64,000 nt of DNA from assembly GCA_044892525.1 (NCBI GenBank), contig CM097885.1:41790001-41854000 (forward strand). The letters are read 5' to 3'. The notes beneath the pieces are model-generated. The model was given only the letters and a program-made list of their open reading frames with translations, ran no database searches and was not told where the DNA came from. Made by a program: the position numbers and the translations under genes. Numbering within the stretch: position 1 is the stretch's first letter; each line of letters opens with the position of its first letter. Shown piece after piece: positions 1-14,763 of the stretch. The DNA comes from Schmidtea polychroa. Lineage: Eukaryota.

Positions 1-1110
1 CTTCGGTGTCTAATAAACAGTCGAAAATTTCCCCATTTATCATTACTGTTACACTAGGTCTTCCCTGTAGCTTGTTATACAAAATTTCCCCTTGCCCCGT
101 TTCAATTGTTCCAATTCTTTTCACTTCCTCTTCAAACTTTATTCTTCTTAGGAACCTGTATTCTTTCTCACTTACCCTTCCTATATTTTCCCACTTTCTA
201 CCCCTTGAGAATATCCCATCCACTTTTCTGTTCGTATATGGTTCCAACCAACTCCTCTACTGGTAAAGCTCTGTTGTTTGGGTTCGTCCTACTAAAATCT
301 TCATTTGTCTCTACGCACGATTCCTTTTCCTCTTCTTCCTCGATTCCATTAATCCGACTGTAGTCTGTTTCCTGTCGGTCTTTGTTTCTCTATCGTTTTC
401 TTGTAACTCCACTTTGTATAACATTCTTCAGATCTATGACCATTTCTGTTGCATCTTTACACCGTATTTCTTGACACAATCTTCTTATATGATCTTCTTT
501 GCCATACCCAAAACATCTTGGCACTTTTTTTCTGGACAATTCCTACTTATATGTCCGCTTCTGTGACTCGTCCAGCACTATATCTTACTTTTTACTGGAC
601 AGTCTATTTTTGTGTGGCCTATTTTGTGGCATAGCCAGCACTCTGGTTCTTCTCGTCGCCTGCCTCCTTCTCTTTCATCTTTCTGCTTGTACGGTCCTCT
701 TCTCTGTGGATCCTGATAGACCACTCTTGAGTAACTTTTCATAGCGTTTATCTGATCTCTCTGTTTCTCCACTTTATCCACCAGAATTAATGTTGCGTTT
801 ATCTCCTCTGTGCTTTTTATCTTCCGCAATATTACTTCTTTCTCAACTTCTTTATTCTCAGCACATACTATCAACATCTTTGCTGTAATCTCTTTGGTGA
901 ATTCTTTATTCTCAAACAACATGTTGACAAGGTCCTCTACTTTTTTGAAATATGTTTCAATCTCTTCGCCTCTTCTTTTATAATTCAATAAACTTTCCAT
1001 ATCTTTTATTACGTCTCTTTCGTCTTTTTGAAATACTTTTCAATAAAAATATTTTTTAAATTTAACAAAATTTCTAATTAAATCTTTAAGAATCTATCAA
1101 CTTCCTCATA
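1..1110 (-). mobile_element. Ty3/Gypsy LTR retrotransposon, internally deleted and degenerate copy (partial 5' LTR, gag, start of protease), running off the window start; same family as 36702-41271
   Basis: The minus strand begins TATGAGGAAG at 1110, the same start as the LTRs at 36702 and 41039. After about 85 bp it jumps into gag (ERDVIKDMESLLNYK..., ORF 578-1000 with CWLCHKIGHTKIDC). The sequence aligns by eye with 37180-38210, with stops and frameshifts. Confidence 0.88.
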
Positions 1111-2969
1111 TTCTTCATTTACAATAAAACTCGAAACAATATCTACTAATCAAGATTAATTGCAATTTGATCGAGATGTCTGTGATAATAAATGAAATCT
1201 TGATTGTATTAAACAAACAAATTAATATTTGATGAAATTTAAGTTTATAATTAAACCACAACTAACAAAACTATTCCAGAAAGGTTTTGGAGAGACAGCA
1301 CTCAAAGGCTATGTTATAATAAAATATTCTTGTTCCTGTAAATATATAAAATATATAAATTCCAATACATAGCTTGGACTATCAGAATTTTGCATATGTT
1401 TAACTTTTAAAAAGAAATATTAGCAAAAATAAAAATTTGAGTAATTTATGGAAGAGAAATTATACAAGATTAAATTTCTCTCATAAATAAAAAATTTCTC
1501 ATTGAAAATGTTTTTGTTTTTGTTTTGTAAAGAATTTTTAAATAGAATATTTTAAAAATTACGCACCGTAAAAATCGTGAAAATCTTGTATCGTGCTGAC
1601 AACTTTTAAACAAAGCAGAACGAAATTTCTATGATAAATGATTCAATTCTTCTCGCACTCCAGGAAAAATGTAAATAATTGGATAATAAAACCTACAAAA
1701 CACTTTGAAATATGTCATTAAAAATATTTTAATTCTAATATGAAAAATAAGATAAATAATTTATGTAGAAAAGTTTTAGAAAAATTCTTAAATATTCTTA
1801 TTCTTATCTTAAATAATGAAAACTTTGCAATGGTTTAGAAGGTGAAATGATTAATATTAAATTTGTCAGATTTGTAGGATTTTGAATAAATATCATTTGT
1901 GAACATCTATTGCTAATGAAATGATATATTGATATATTTGACATTTACTGTTGGAGCCAATTATTAAATTTAACAATTGCAATTGACAGTTTATTTTGAA
2001 AATTTATCTAGATGACAATATAATTTTGTGCATAAATTATCGTAGCAATTAATGATTATGATTATTATATTATTTATCATGTTTGTCTTAGGTTTTGGAA
2101 ATCGATTGGAAATAGATTTATGCTATATATATATATATATATATATATTATTAGAATAAATTATCTAAATTATATTTCATCAAATATAATATCAAAATTG
2201 CTTTTTAGAAAAAGTTATAATAATTATATTAAATTTACATTGCATTTATTAAAAATTTTATTGAATGAAAAAAGAAATTTTTTTGAAATTCACGAATTTT
2301 CGGCACAGTCTTTTTCAAGAGATTTTGAAAAAAACATTGATATCTTTACTGATTCATAGTAAATTTTTTAATAAATACAATGTCAATTGAAAAGAAATCA
2401 GAGGTGAAAATCGAAAGAAGTTCTTATAATATATTAAATTTAAAAATATATATTATTAATAAATGTATATTATTTTTTAGAATTAATTTTCTCTTCGAAA
2501 GAAAATTTTATATATATATACAATAAAAATATACAATAATTAGTTATATTATATAAAAATTGTCCAACATGTTCCATACTGTTAAATACAAGAAAATTAT
2601 CATTTTTATATTATAATTTATTAAATTACTCTCTCAATTTGACATAAATACTGAAGCTAATTTCGAAGCTAAAGGAGAACTAGAGCACCATCATTCTGTT
2701 TATACCATTAATTATTAAAAATAAAGTGAACGTTTGAAGTGGGAAATATCATAAGTTTACGAAAACCAAACACATAAATAACATTATTAGGTGAGGCGTT
2801 TGTACTCTATCAATAACAACACAGTTCACTTGTTTCAATTGTAACATTATTTACTAATTATATAGAATCTATAGATAATGAAGCTTAAAAATTCCCAATA
2901 GTTGAGAATTAATGATTTCTTTCCTTCAATTTAAATATGACGTTTAGTAGCTGTTATGAATTCAACCTG

Positions 2970-3224
<255 letters not shown>

Positions 3225-4160
3225 TAATTCAGAGGTCATTGACGACAAAAGTACTGGAAAAGTATTTGAAATAATAATTCGGTCACGCATTCGGTCACGC
3301 AAATGACAGAACCAAATTATTAATCACAAATATGTCATAACGAGTCTGCCAGTTTCCGAAAACATTGTCATATTTTTGTTTAAATTATCATCAAAAGTTC
3401 TACTGAATTTCGGTAAACCGAATTATCAATTCTTTGATATTTGTAAATAATATGTTTACTTTCAAATGAATCTATTTATTTTTGGCGTTTGACTTATACA
3501 CAAATTCTGCAATTGTATTTTTTCAGTTAAGTTTGAAATTAATTATTAATTAAAATATGAAAATCAGATGTCCCTTGTATTTTGAGTTAGAATATTTATC
3601 GTTTAAAGAAATTTCCATTTTTCTTTTCATGAATGATTTGTTTCGACTGTATTCTTTTTGACTATGAGTAACATCTCCTAATTATTACGATTTTGATATA
3701 ATTCTTCTTCCTTCTTCCATCAACATCTTCATTCAAAATGAAAGTTTGAAGATATTAAATAAGGAAAATATGGTCACCAAAGAAAACTCAACACTACACC
3801 CTATTTTCTCATTAATTCAATCTCTAATCATTTGACCGATTTTCATCGAGAGGTATAACCTTTTGTTCAAATTTACGGCTCTTTGTTTTTTTTGTTTTAA
3901 GACATCGGATAATTTAAAGGATTTTGCTTATTGTTTTTTGTCAAAAGACGCATATGAATATGAATTGTAAATGAGCAAGTGACTTTATTTTTAGCTATTA
4001 GCAAAGAATATATAATTAATAATGAATAACTGGTGTCCCTAGGAGTTTCAAAATTTTACGCTGGGACAGATGAGATAAGTACTATTTTTATGGATGTCCG
4101 AAATGAATCTTATTGTAAACAATAAACTACAAATAATTATTTTTTTAACCAAATAACAAC

Positions 4161-4202
<42 letters not shown>

Positions 4203-5536
4203 TTAATATCAAGATTTAAATAAAATTTATCCCAATTTTATTGAAATTCTTTTCTAATCATTTCTTTTTTAATTTTTTTATTATTTTGAAGTTTATTAAT
4301 TTTAAATAAGTAAATTAATAACATGAATTTCCTTTAATAATAATAAATATTTTAAATTTTTAAATTTTTAAATTTTCAAATTTATTCTTATTATTTTTTA
4401 TTTCAGTTTTTGGTTAAGTTTTTTGCATTGTTTTAATAATATTCAATATTCAATTTTTTTAAATTGCTTTTTAAAAATACAAAATACATCTTGCAACACT
4501 CCATTAATATTTAAGATTTAAACAAATTGATACAAATGATATAGATAATTATAAAATTCCCCAAATATTTCTAAAATATAAGTATTTTACAATAAAATCG
4601 TACGAAAATTAATAGAAATCACAAATTACAAGTAATAGCAAGAATAATAAATAAAATCTAAATAATTGTCAATGCTTTAAAAAAATTTCAAAAACTTAAT
4701 CAAAGACTTACATGAATGTCCTTTATTCCTCTACATTATTCAACTGTTTCAGCTAAATTTCTTTTTTATTGCTCATTTTTTTTTCTATTCAAAATTCCTG
4801 TCATTAATGAATTTTTGATAAACTAAATAATACAAATACTATGTCAAAAGTTATTTTAATTATAGTCTACACTTCATAAGGTTTTTATGCGGTTTATTTT
4901 TGTACTATTTTATTTAGACGGTTTTAATTGCAATAGAGCACATCTCAAATATTTTTACTCCCACAAACATCACTTCGCATCAAGCCATAATCACTTATAA
5001 TCACAGTGATAAAATAATTCTAGAATTATATTAATTTCTTTTAAATTTATCATCATATAATCACATTATCAAATTGCCGGTTTTTCATAATAAGGTAAAA
5101 AAACTCTCAGTAGCTTAAATGCAGTCATTTCCCATAAACATTTGAAATCGAATTAAAACAAAACGTGATTATGATGGTTTGGCTCATTGTTTTATCAGCG
5201 ATATTATACCCAATTTATCCCCCCTACCGTCCTCAGCTGCATTATCAGTGCCAGTGGTTTTCTCATTTTTCAAGCAGCTGTCAATAATTTTCTCAAATAT
5301 TAATTTTCTCCTGATGGCCCTAATTAATTTCCGATAAATCCTTATCTGCACATTTTCATCGTTTCGCTTATCAATCAATGATTTAAACAAATCAGGAAAT
5401 GATGCTCAAAGTTACTAATTTCAACTTTTATAGATATTCAATTTTTTCAATTAACTTTTTGATTGACCATCTTGCCAAGTTTTTGCAGAATCGGTGCATT
5501 TGAAACATTTAAACCAGACCAATATCTAAATACAAG

Positions 5537-5682
<146 letters not shown>

Positions 5683-6399
5683 TATTGAAATTATTATAAT
5701 ATCATTTATTATAATAATATTATTATTATTATTGTTCTTAGGAATTTAACTCCTTCGTGGGCGAAAATATTTGTTTCAGTTTTTTTGGAAATGAATACTG
5801 ATTGCATGACATGAATTTTTATTTGAAGTTTTTTTTATAAACAATTTAAAAACTTAATTACAATATAAAATGTTATAATAATTATGAAAGTTTATATATG
5901 CATGTATGAATACGATTTATTCATTATCTTTGGTACTGGAAACCGTCTTCAACTAACCCATGAAAGGTGTAATATGAAAAATGAAATGAAATCCATCAAA
6001 TGTATATGAGAAAATAAATATAAAGAACATTTTTTAATGAGTTTGATTCTATTGAAAGCAGAAAGTCAGTTTTGTATAAAGAGAAGGTCGAGAAAAATTC
6101 AGAAACAAAATCTAAATAAAACTGGCGTTGTTGGAAAAAAATTGTGCTTCAAATTTTAATATTAGATTTATAAACAAAACCTTATTTTTGTCAATTATTT
6201 TTTTTGCTATTTAATATTTAATGAGATTCTGTAAATTGAAAAAAATAAAAACGAATTAAAATAATTTGCAATATGAAATTTACTGACGCCTGCAATTTCC
6301 CATCAAAATATCCGCATGGATAAATTCAACATCATTCACTTAGTCCCTTGAAATTTATCCATGAAATTGTTTTTAGAAATACTTACAATTTAAATCATC

Positions 6400-6727
<328 letters not shown>

Positions 6728-7741
6728 TGATGATAAATGGTTCATCTTTTGCTTATTATATATGAATTTAGATCAATTCGTGTTTCAGTTGATCGTAGAC
6801 AATATTTTTATGGTATAGATTATAATTTATGAACTCATTTTCCCATATCACAATGATCAGATAGTTCATATTAATATTTAATTACCCATCAAAAATTAAT
6901 TGATAAAATTATCTACGCAAAATTTGAATTGTTTCTGTGCAAAAACTTTTCATCCATTCATCATTGAAAATAAAAATTTTCATAACAAACATTTTTCAAT
7001 TTATTCATTTTTGTTTTATTAAATTGAAGAGGTATATAAAATTAATTTTATTCTTTGTATGGATAATATAAAATTGTTCAATTAATAATGTATGAAATTA
7101 CATTGAAATCAGAGCCAGTGCTAGTTATCCATAAATACTTTCGGGTAACTAAATAAATAACAGGCTAGAGTTTTGTCAAGAAAAGACTTCAACAACTGGA
7201 ATTACTCTCTTGATTTTGATGAAAAATGGTTTGAAACTGAAAAATATAAAAAATAATATAAAGATATCACGATGACAGCCCTGTGAAGAAATCTATCGTG
7301 CTTAGCAAAAATAACCCTTTCAGAATCATTATGATATTTAGTGCTACAAAGTCTTGTTTGGATTGTAATTTCATTTGGTTAATTGGAATATGAAGAATAA
7401 CAGAACTCAGTTTTGCAAAGAAGAAATTCCAAATATCATGCAAACACCAATTTTTACAAAATCGACCCAACAGTAATGTATCATAGTTTGGTAACAACAG
7501 AAATCATCTCAGCAGTATAATATGATTTCTCAAAGTTTCGGTATATGTCCCCTTATGCACGGCTTCAATTTACATCCAATTTTCAGCAAATAAATTTAGC
7601 AGGGATACTTATAATACAAAACCTTGGATCAATATTCGTTAAAAAATTTTATTCCCAAATTGGGTTAGGGTGACCATTACCAAATAATCATGTGTTAACG
7701 TATATAATTAAACGTGTAATGTTTATCAAATATTAGAACAT

Positions 7742-7860
7742 TAGAGGTGGTTGAAGGTAGTAGAGTTGAGGTAGTAGAAGTGGTTAAAGGCAGTAGAGGT
7801 GGTTGAAGGTAGTAGAGGTGGTTGAAGGTAGTAGAAGTGGTTGAAGGTAATGGTGAGGGG
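7742..7860. repeat. degenerate G-rich minisatellite (about 19-bp unit GTAGTAGAGGTGGTTGAAG)
   Basis: About 6 imperfect tandem copies are visible. Confidence 0.85.
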
Positions 7861-9895
7861 TAATGATAGACAAGGTAGTAGCGATGTATGGTGGAAGGTA
7901 ATAATTTCATATAGATTTCATTTATAACAAACGATATTCATTAGACATTGGATAAAGGAGTAGATCTAAATGTATATTTCTTTGATATCAGAGATTATTA
8001 CTATATAAAATTTGGGAATTTGTGTAGATTTGTATTCAAAAGACGTTTTTACAATTTTCCAGTTATTTACGCATTTTTGGATATTTTTCTGAAATTTATA
8101 AAATTATTACTGAGAAAACTCCTGAATGATAATAAAATCATAACCTTAAGGAAATCGTAGATAATAAACAATTATATAATTGTTTGTTACTGTTTGATCT
8201 CAATATTCAATAATGAAAAAGAAAACTTTATAAAATGTATAATATTTATCTCAAATAGATATAAGAATATAGAAAAGGATCTTTTCTGCTCCCATTAACG
8301 CTTGAAAATAAAATTCAGTGATTGTTGTTTAAATAATCTTCAAATAAATAAATATATTGTTTTAATCGAAATTAATTCGTTTTCATAAAGTTGCCCATAG
8401 AACTAGCTGAAATTGTCTAATTTGAAATTTGAGAATATTGGCAGTTGATTCTGTTAATTAGTTGACAATTCCATCTGGCGAATAAAATTTTCAAGCTTTG
8501 AATTTGATTCTAAAAATGAAAAAAAAATTTTATATTTAGTCTTTTTATGTTGGGCACGATTTTCAAATCATTTAATTTCCAATAAATATGTGACATTGTG
8601 TCAATTGCTGATGATGCAATAATTTATATATTTTCACTATATTTTCTCTCTTAAAAGTTTTCTAATTTTGAACCATTTATCGAAAAGTTTTTATTAACAT
8701 TATTATCATTAATATTTTCTTTAAACAACATGATAAATCCATTGGGAACGTTCTCATCTATATTATATAATAAAAAATACTCCACTGCTCAGATCTTCGA
8801 ATTTAATAATAATTTGTAATGAACTTATTTTAGAAGAAACATAAATAAAAAGTTTGCATTTGTATTTTTCAACTTGCACATCTCCCATTGACAGCCCGTG
8901 GATCCATAAGAATGTTACCTAATTATAGTTCATAAGACTGAGCTCACTTTTACTAACATACGACAAATTATCAATGTTTTTCATGTGACCTGTGTCGAAT
9001 AGAATGGAAGGGTTTTATTCTGGGTTACGCTGGAATAATATTAATAAAAAGTCGGAAAAAACATAATTTAGTAAATTTATAATTAGAAAAAAAGATAATT
9101 TGTCATAAATTATGAGTCATCTATTGGTCTGCATACAAATCTATATTATAGACGTTTTTATTCATTCCAAATAATTTGCAGTTTTGATAGGCGTGGATTG
9201 ATAAAAATGTTTTTCAATATCCTCACTTGTAGTTATACACAAATGTTAATGTGCCCTTGAATAGTGTACACATTTTTCTGCTTATATAGGATTGGAATTG
9301 GAAAAGTATAATATTTACTGCAGGAAATTGGTTGCCCCATTGCTTAATCAACTTGGTAATTATTAGGTTGAATGAATGTTAACCTATTCGTCGGGAGCAC
9401 AAGCTTAATTATAAATGAATTTAACATAATATCTATGAAAAAATATAAGTTTATGAATAAATTATAACTATATTTACAATAATTTCTCATTATAACAAAA
9501 TCACCCCAAATTGGGTCTCGTAATTCAAAAATGTCAAAAACCGCTATTTAGATTTTTCACGTTAAATGTAAATATCTGCTTGAAATTTCAAAAGTGAAAA
9601 TAAAAATTGAATTATTAATTAATTTTCAAACGAAATTTTCAAATACAAAAAATATGTTGGTGGGGGGGAGGGATTGGATAAATTGTTAGTGGGGTCGACA
9701 TCAATCTCATATAGTTATTACAATATGTCAGCAGAAGGCTGGATTAAAATAAATAACTATCAAAAGATTCAAATAAATCCTTTCAAAATTGCGACATTTT
9801 GTCACCAACTGGTTAATAAATCAAAATATTATTCTTAAAACAGAAAAAAAGAGACATAATTGTGTTTGAAATGTCATTTTACATTTTCTGTTGTA

Positions 9896-10211
<316 letters not shown>

Positions 10212-10466
10212 TAGATAACAATAATAATATATAATAAAATTAGTAATATTAAAAATTACAATAAAAGGAAAAGAGAATTATTAGAGAATATATCTAGATA
10301 ATAATGTTAAATTTTATGGAAAATTATAAATAGACGACAGTCTAAGAGATGACTGGATGTCTTGACTTAATGTTATCGAAGTACAATAAATGTAAACAAA
10401 ATTCCGTTTATTTATGAGTTCATAAAAATAAAATTATTATTACATTATATAAAAAATATTTGATTC

Positions 10467-10482
10467 ATTATTATCATTATTA

Positions 10483-10540
<58 letters not shown>

Positions 10541-10563
10541 CATTATTATTATTATTATTATTA

Positions 10564-10640
<77 letters not shown>

Positions 10641-10674
10641 TAATTTAATAATAAATAAAGATAAATAAAGTCGT

Positions 10675-10770
<96 letters not shown>
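10467..10770. repeat. (TTA)n tract (10467-10641) followed by (TA)n tract (10677-10770)
   Basis: Direct inspection. Confidence 0.97.
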
Positions 10771-10773
<3 letters not shown>

Positions 10774-12628
10774 AGGAGTAATTTCTTTATTTCTTCACTT
10801 TCATTCATCCGAATATCGAAGTATTAATTTTAATTACATTTTAATGCCTAAACCACCTGCTATGACTTTCTCATACAAAAATCAAACGATTTTTATCCTT
10901 TTAAATTTGCATTTTCATGCTCGGTTTCAGAGATTTCTGTAATGAGTTGTTTTAATTTTATTCTGATTATTTTATATTCAACAGTTGGTGTAATTTTACT
11001 AAATCGATAAATATTTCTTTGAATTTGAATAAATTATTGGAGCATATAGTTTTTTGTTTGAATCGATGTATTTATTAATATTTTTAATTTTCATGTTATT
11101 TACTGACGACGTTATGCCAAATAATTTATTATAAAAATATTTTTTTCACTATTTTCGTTACTAATTTTTGACATTTTATTCATTGGTCAAGAAATTCAAA
11201 ATTTAAGATATTTAATTTAATCATATTAGTGGTCGGCGTATTTGTTTTACTTTCAATGAATTTATCTACATGGGAATACTTTCCAAAGTCTCAGCTCTTT
11301 TGTTTATCAAAAATATTGCCTCCGGAAATCGTTTGTTTTCTCTTTTCTAAAAAAATATATTTGAAACCCCTTGTGTTTTGGTTTGTTCGTTTTTAAACTT
11401 TCCATGGTAAATTAGTCATTAAAAATTAATTAAAAAATATTCTTGAAAAATAAAAGTTGACATCCAAATACTAAAATCTAAATTTTGCATAGTCCGAAAG
11501 GCAGTAAGAAGCAAAGTGCAAAATGTAGAATTCAAGAATATAAGAATCACTTTTTGTTTTATTATTCATAATTAATAATAGATGTTTATTGTTATAAATT
11601 GTTGACAATATGATACAAAAATAATGTTGCGATGATAATTGACGTGTAATAAATATATCAACGGACTCAAAAACAGAAAAAAAATAAGAAAAATATTTTG
11701 TTGATAAATAATAATGAAACGTCAATTGAAACAAGAGATGGAATTTTGTCTATGAATGTGATATTTTTGATATTTTAGTTATTGTTTTTGGAATAGATGT
11801 GAAATTATAATGTTAATTATAGTGTTAATAAAAATGTTTTCAATCAATAAATATCATTTAATAAATTAAATTAAATTAAAAATTAAATGAATAATTAAAG
11901 AACGCAATACCAACAGGACTTTTTCTTATTTTTATCTTTATTTTGTTCTTCATTTTCTGTTATTAAGGAATAATTTTTAAGTTTCAGAATTCTAGAAATT
12001 TTTGTTAATTTCGTTTGAAACCTTCAAACGATAAATTTATATTATTGAGAAAAAAGACATTTGATGTTGGAGATTTAATAAGTTTTTAAATAATTTTTTT
12101 TATTAAATTTTAAAGATTCAAATGTAATAATGGTTCGGTAGATTTGGTTAGTAAATTTATTTGATAAAGAATGGGTTTGATTTTATTAGTTTGCGGGGCT
12201 TACATTCTCTGCTTGCAAAATTAGTATTAATATATTGTAAAATAGCTCGGTATATATGAAAATAAAATATCATAATAAATTGCTTCAACATACCAACAGA
12301 AAATCCTAAAGAGCTTCAAAGTAATTATCCAGGGAAATTTATATTAAATTGAACGCCGTCTCAATAGGCATTACATTCCATCTTTTTTTTATGTAAATGT
12401 GCAATAAAGTGTACATTTCAACACCCAATAGTTACCGATGTATTTTGTCATTAATCTTTAGTACCGTAGAAAGGAACCTGAAAGAAGATGTTCCTATTCT
12501 GTAAGACAGTGCCGTTTAAGGCAAGATATGTATCTCTACCATAAAGAATGATTGTCTTAACCATGTCGAAAACTCTAGTTTACGTCAAGGCTTGAGAATA
12601 CATATGAAAGTTGTTGAATTATCTATGT

Positions 12629-13027
12629 CAGGGTTTACCAAACTTTTTTCAGCGACGGAAAACTTGGCAAATCCGAAAGTTTTGGCGGAACACTTATTTT
12701 AGGTTGGGTAATTTATAATAGTATAAATGAAAATAAAAGTTTTTATTAAAGAAATATCATCTACCACATCTCTTTCATGCTCACAGGATGAGAGATAGTC
12801 TTTATCCCTCATTAAAAAATATTTGCACTTGTTAAAGACTTTTATTGCTGTACCCAACTTTTAGGTACTGAAAATCTTTGCCTGCTCTTGACGTCATAAA
12901 ACTCAATGAAGTTTAATCGTTGCTCGTCTTTCATTATGAAGTAGAATATGTTTAATTTTCTAAATTTACTCCAAATTTTTGCGAAATATCTATTTAGGCT
13001 CCGAAGAACACAGTTTGTGAAACCCTG
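12629..13027. mobile_element. hAT-type MITE (degraded)
   Basis: Ends CAGGGTTTACCAAACT ... AGTTTGTGAAACCCTG form an imperfect TIR. Flanks ATCTATGT / CTCTGTGT match at 6 of 8 positions (TSD). Confidence 0.65.
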
Positions 13028-13397
13028 CTCTGTGTGTTATAAAAGTTGAGATTCTGATAGGGATAATTAGCAGTAGGTTAAAAAACTACTTATACTATAA
13101 AAAGAATCAGTAAATTATATTATAAGAAACATAAAAAATCACCTGTATACTGAAAATTCATTCGCAGTTACATCTGCCAATTTATTTTAAGTTTCAAGAA
13201 AAATTAGAAAAAATTAATGAAATTTGTTGAAATGGCTAAATTTACCAAAAAAACTTGGCTGTCATAGAGCTAAATTGTCATTACAAGTATATCTCAATGT
13301 TACTACGACCATAAAATTTAAAATTCAAAACATTTAAAAAGGTTTTATACAAGTTAGAATAATTCTCATTATCAGTACTAAAATGTAAAATATATAC

Positions 13398-14763
13398 CAG
13401 GGGTGGCCAACAAGTCGATCGCGAGGCCAATTTTGGTCGATCGTCGATCTCTTGCAATGTCTGGGAAAATTTCCGTTTACTACCGTGACTTTGAAGGGAT
13501 TTTAGAAGACAAAGCTTTGTGCTAATAGTTGAATGTATTCTACGAACTTACCAAGTTCATGAATACCTAGAATTCTTACAACCAGACACTGTTATATCCG
13601 CTCGCCCAGCACAATACATTTTGACATATGTGTTACATTGTCACCGAACGCAACGTGCGAACGCAACGTGCGAACGCAACGTGCGAACGCAACAGTTACA
13701 ACTCGACTCGACGAAGAACACATTCAGTTAGCTTGAATATTTGGTGGCCATAAGTAGCTTCATTTCTTTTGTATTAACTGTGTCATTATTAAGCAATATT
13801 ATTTATCCTTGATGACCACGTTGTATTTCAATTTTTCTTCTGTATAAAATGGATGTTATTTTCTTTGTTTTAAATTAAATTGCTTTTCTTACCTATTTAT
13901 TTACTTGCTAAGTGTGCATTCTCTGCAACAGATCTCTAAACTGCGGTCATTGCACTGGGAGAAAAATAAGGGATAGCATTACAAATATATTAAGAATATC
14001 AGTAATTTTATCTAAAGTAAGAGCTCATTATTGTAAACCGTAATAAATAAATTGTAACTTTAATACACTTCTTGTAAATTCGAATATATCTAAATTAGAT
14101 TTTAATATACTTGTATTGTTGTCCCCGATTGTAGTATGCAGGATTGTTATTATTTCTTTCAATTTAATGGAGATAATTGCCGCAGTTCATGAATATTTGA
14201 ATTTTTTATGAAAATATTTAATTCAATATTTATTCTTTAAATTGTAATATTTCTTCGCATTCTAGTATACCCATGAATATGAGTAGTAAACCGAAGAAAT
14301 CTAAAACTTATCACCTCAATGAAGAGTTGGAACTCGATTACTTTTTTACAATGGTGAATGATAAATGCTGTTGTTTAATATGCCTTACCTCGGTAGCCAT
14401 TGCTAAGAAGGGTAATCTGAAGAGACATTTTTTAGCTTTACATAACAAGTATCAAACTGATTATCCACCAAATTCAGAACTGAGAAAATATAAAGTTAAG
14501 GATCTTAAAACTCAATCAGCAAATCAATTTATTTTCTTCGGGAGCCTAAATCTCGAAAACTAATAAGTGATTTGAAAATAAAAATAGGTTTGAACATATA
14601 TTTTACGTATCTACCCATACCTCGTTGGAATGCACCTTATAAAAATAGTATGCATTACACACCCATTATTCCCCCTTAGACTAGGCCTATGGCAATAAGT
14701 CGATCTCGGCACACTCTTAACAAAAAAAGTAGATCTTGTATACAGAAAAGTTGGACACCCTTG
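13398..14763 (+). mobile_element. internally deleted hAT (Buster/Charlie/SPIN-like) transposon retaining the N-terminal zinc-finger fragment of the transposase (14273-14563)
   Basis: TIRs CAGGGGTGGCCAAC / GTTGGACACCCTTG; TSD ATATATAC / ATATATAG. The ORF contains CLIC...KKGNLKRHF..LH, typical of GTF2IRD2/SPIN-like transposases. A subterminal 13-bp tandem repeat CGAACGCAACGTG lies at about 13645-13693. Confidence 0.85.

Noticed and set aside
5184..5390. 68-aa minus-strand ORF as a host exon
   Set aside because: No recognisable motif and no partner exons found.
7150..9400. Patches of decayed coding-like sequence
   Set aside because: Frequent stops; no family could be assigned by eye.
12300..12620. 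Possible Mutator-like transposase remnant (DCLNHVE)
   Set aside because: A single short motif in decayed sequence; not enough support.
13645..13693. 13-bp tandem repeats, and the 32885-33840 array, considered as CRISPR-like
   Set aside because: No unique spacers; eukaryotic context; explained as hAT subterminal repeats and an intronic minisatellite.
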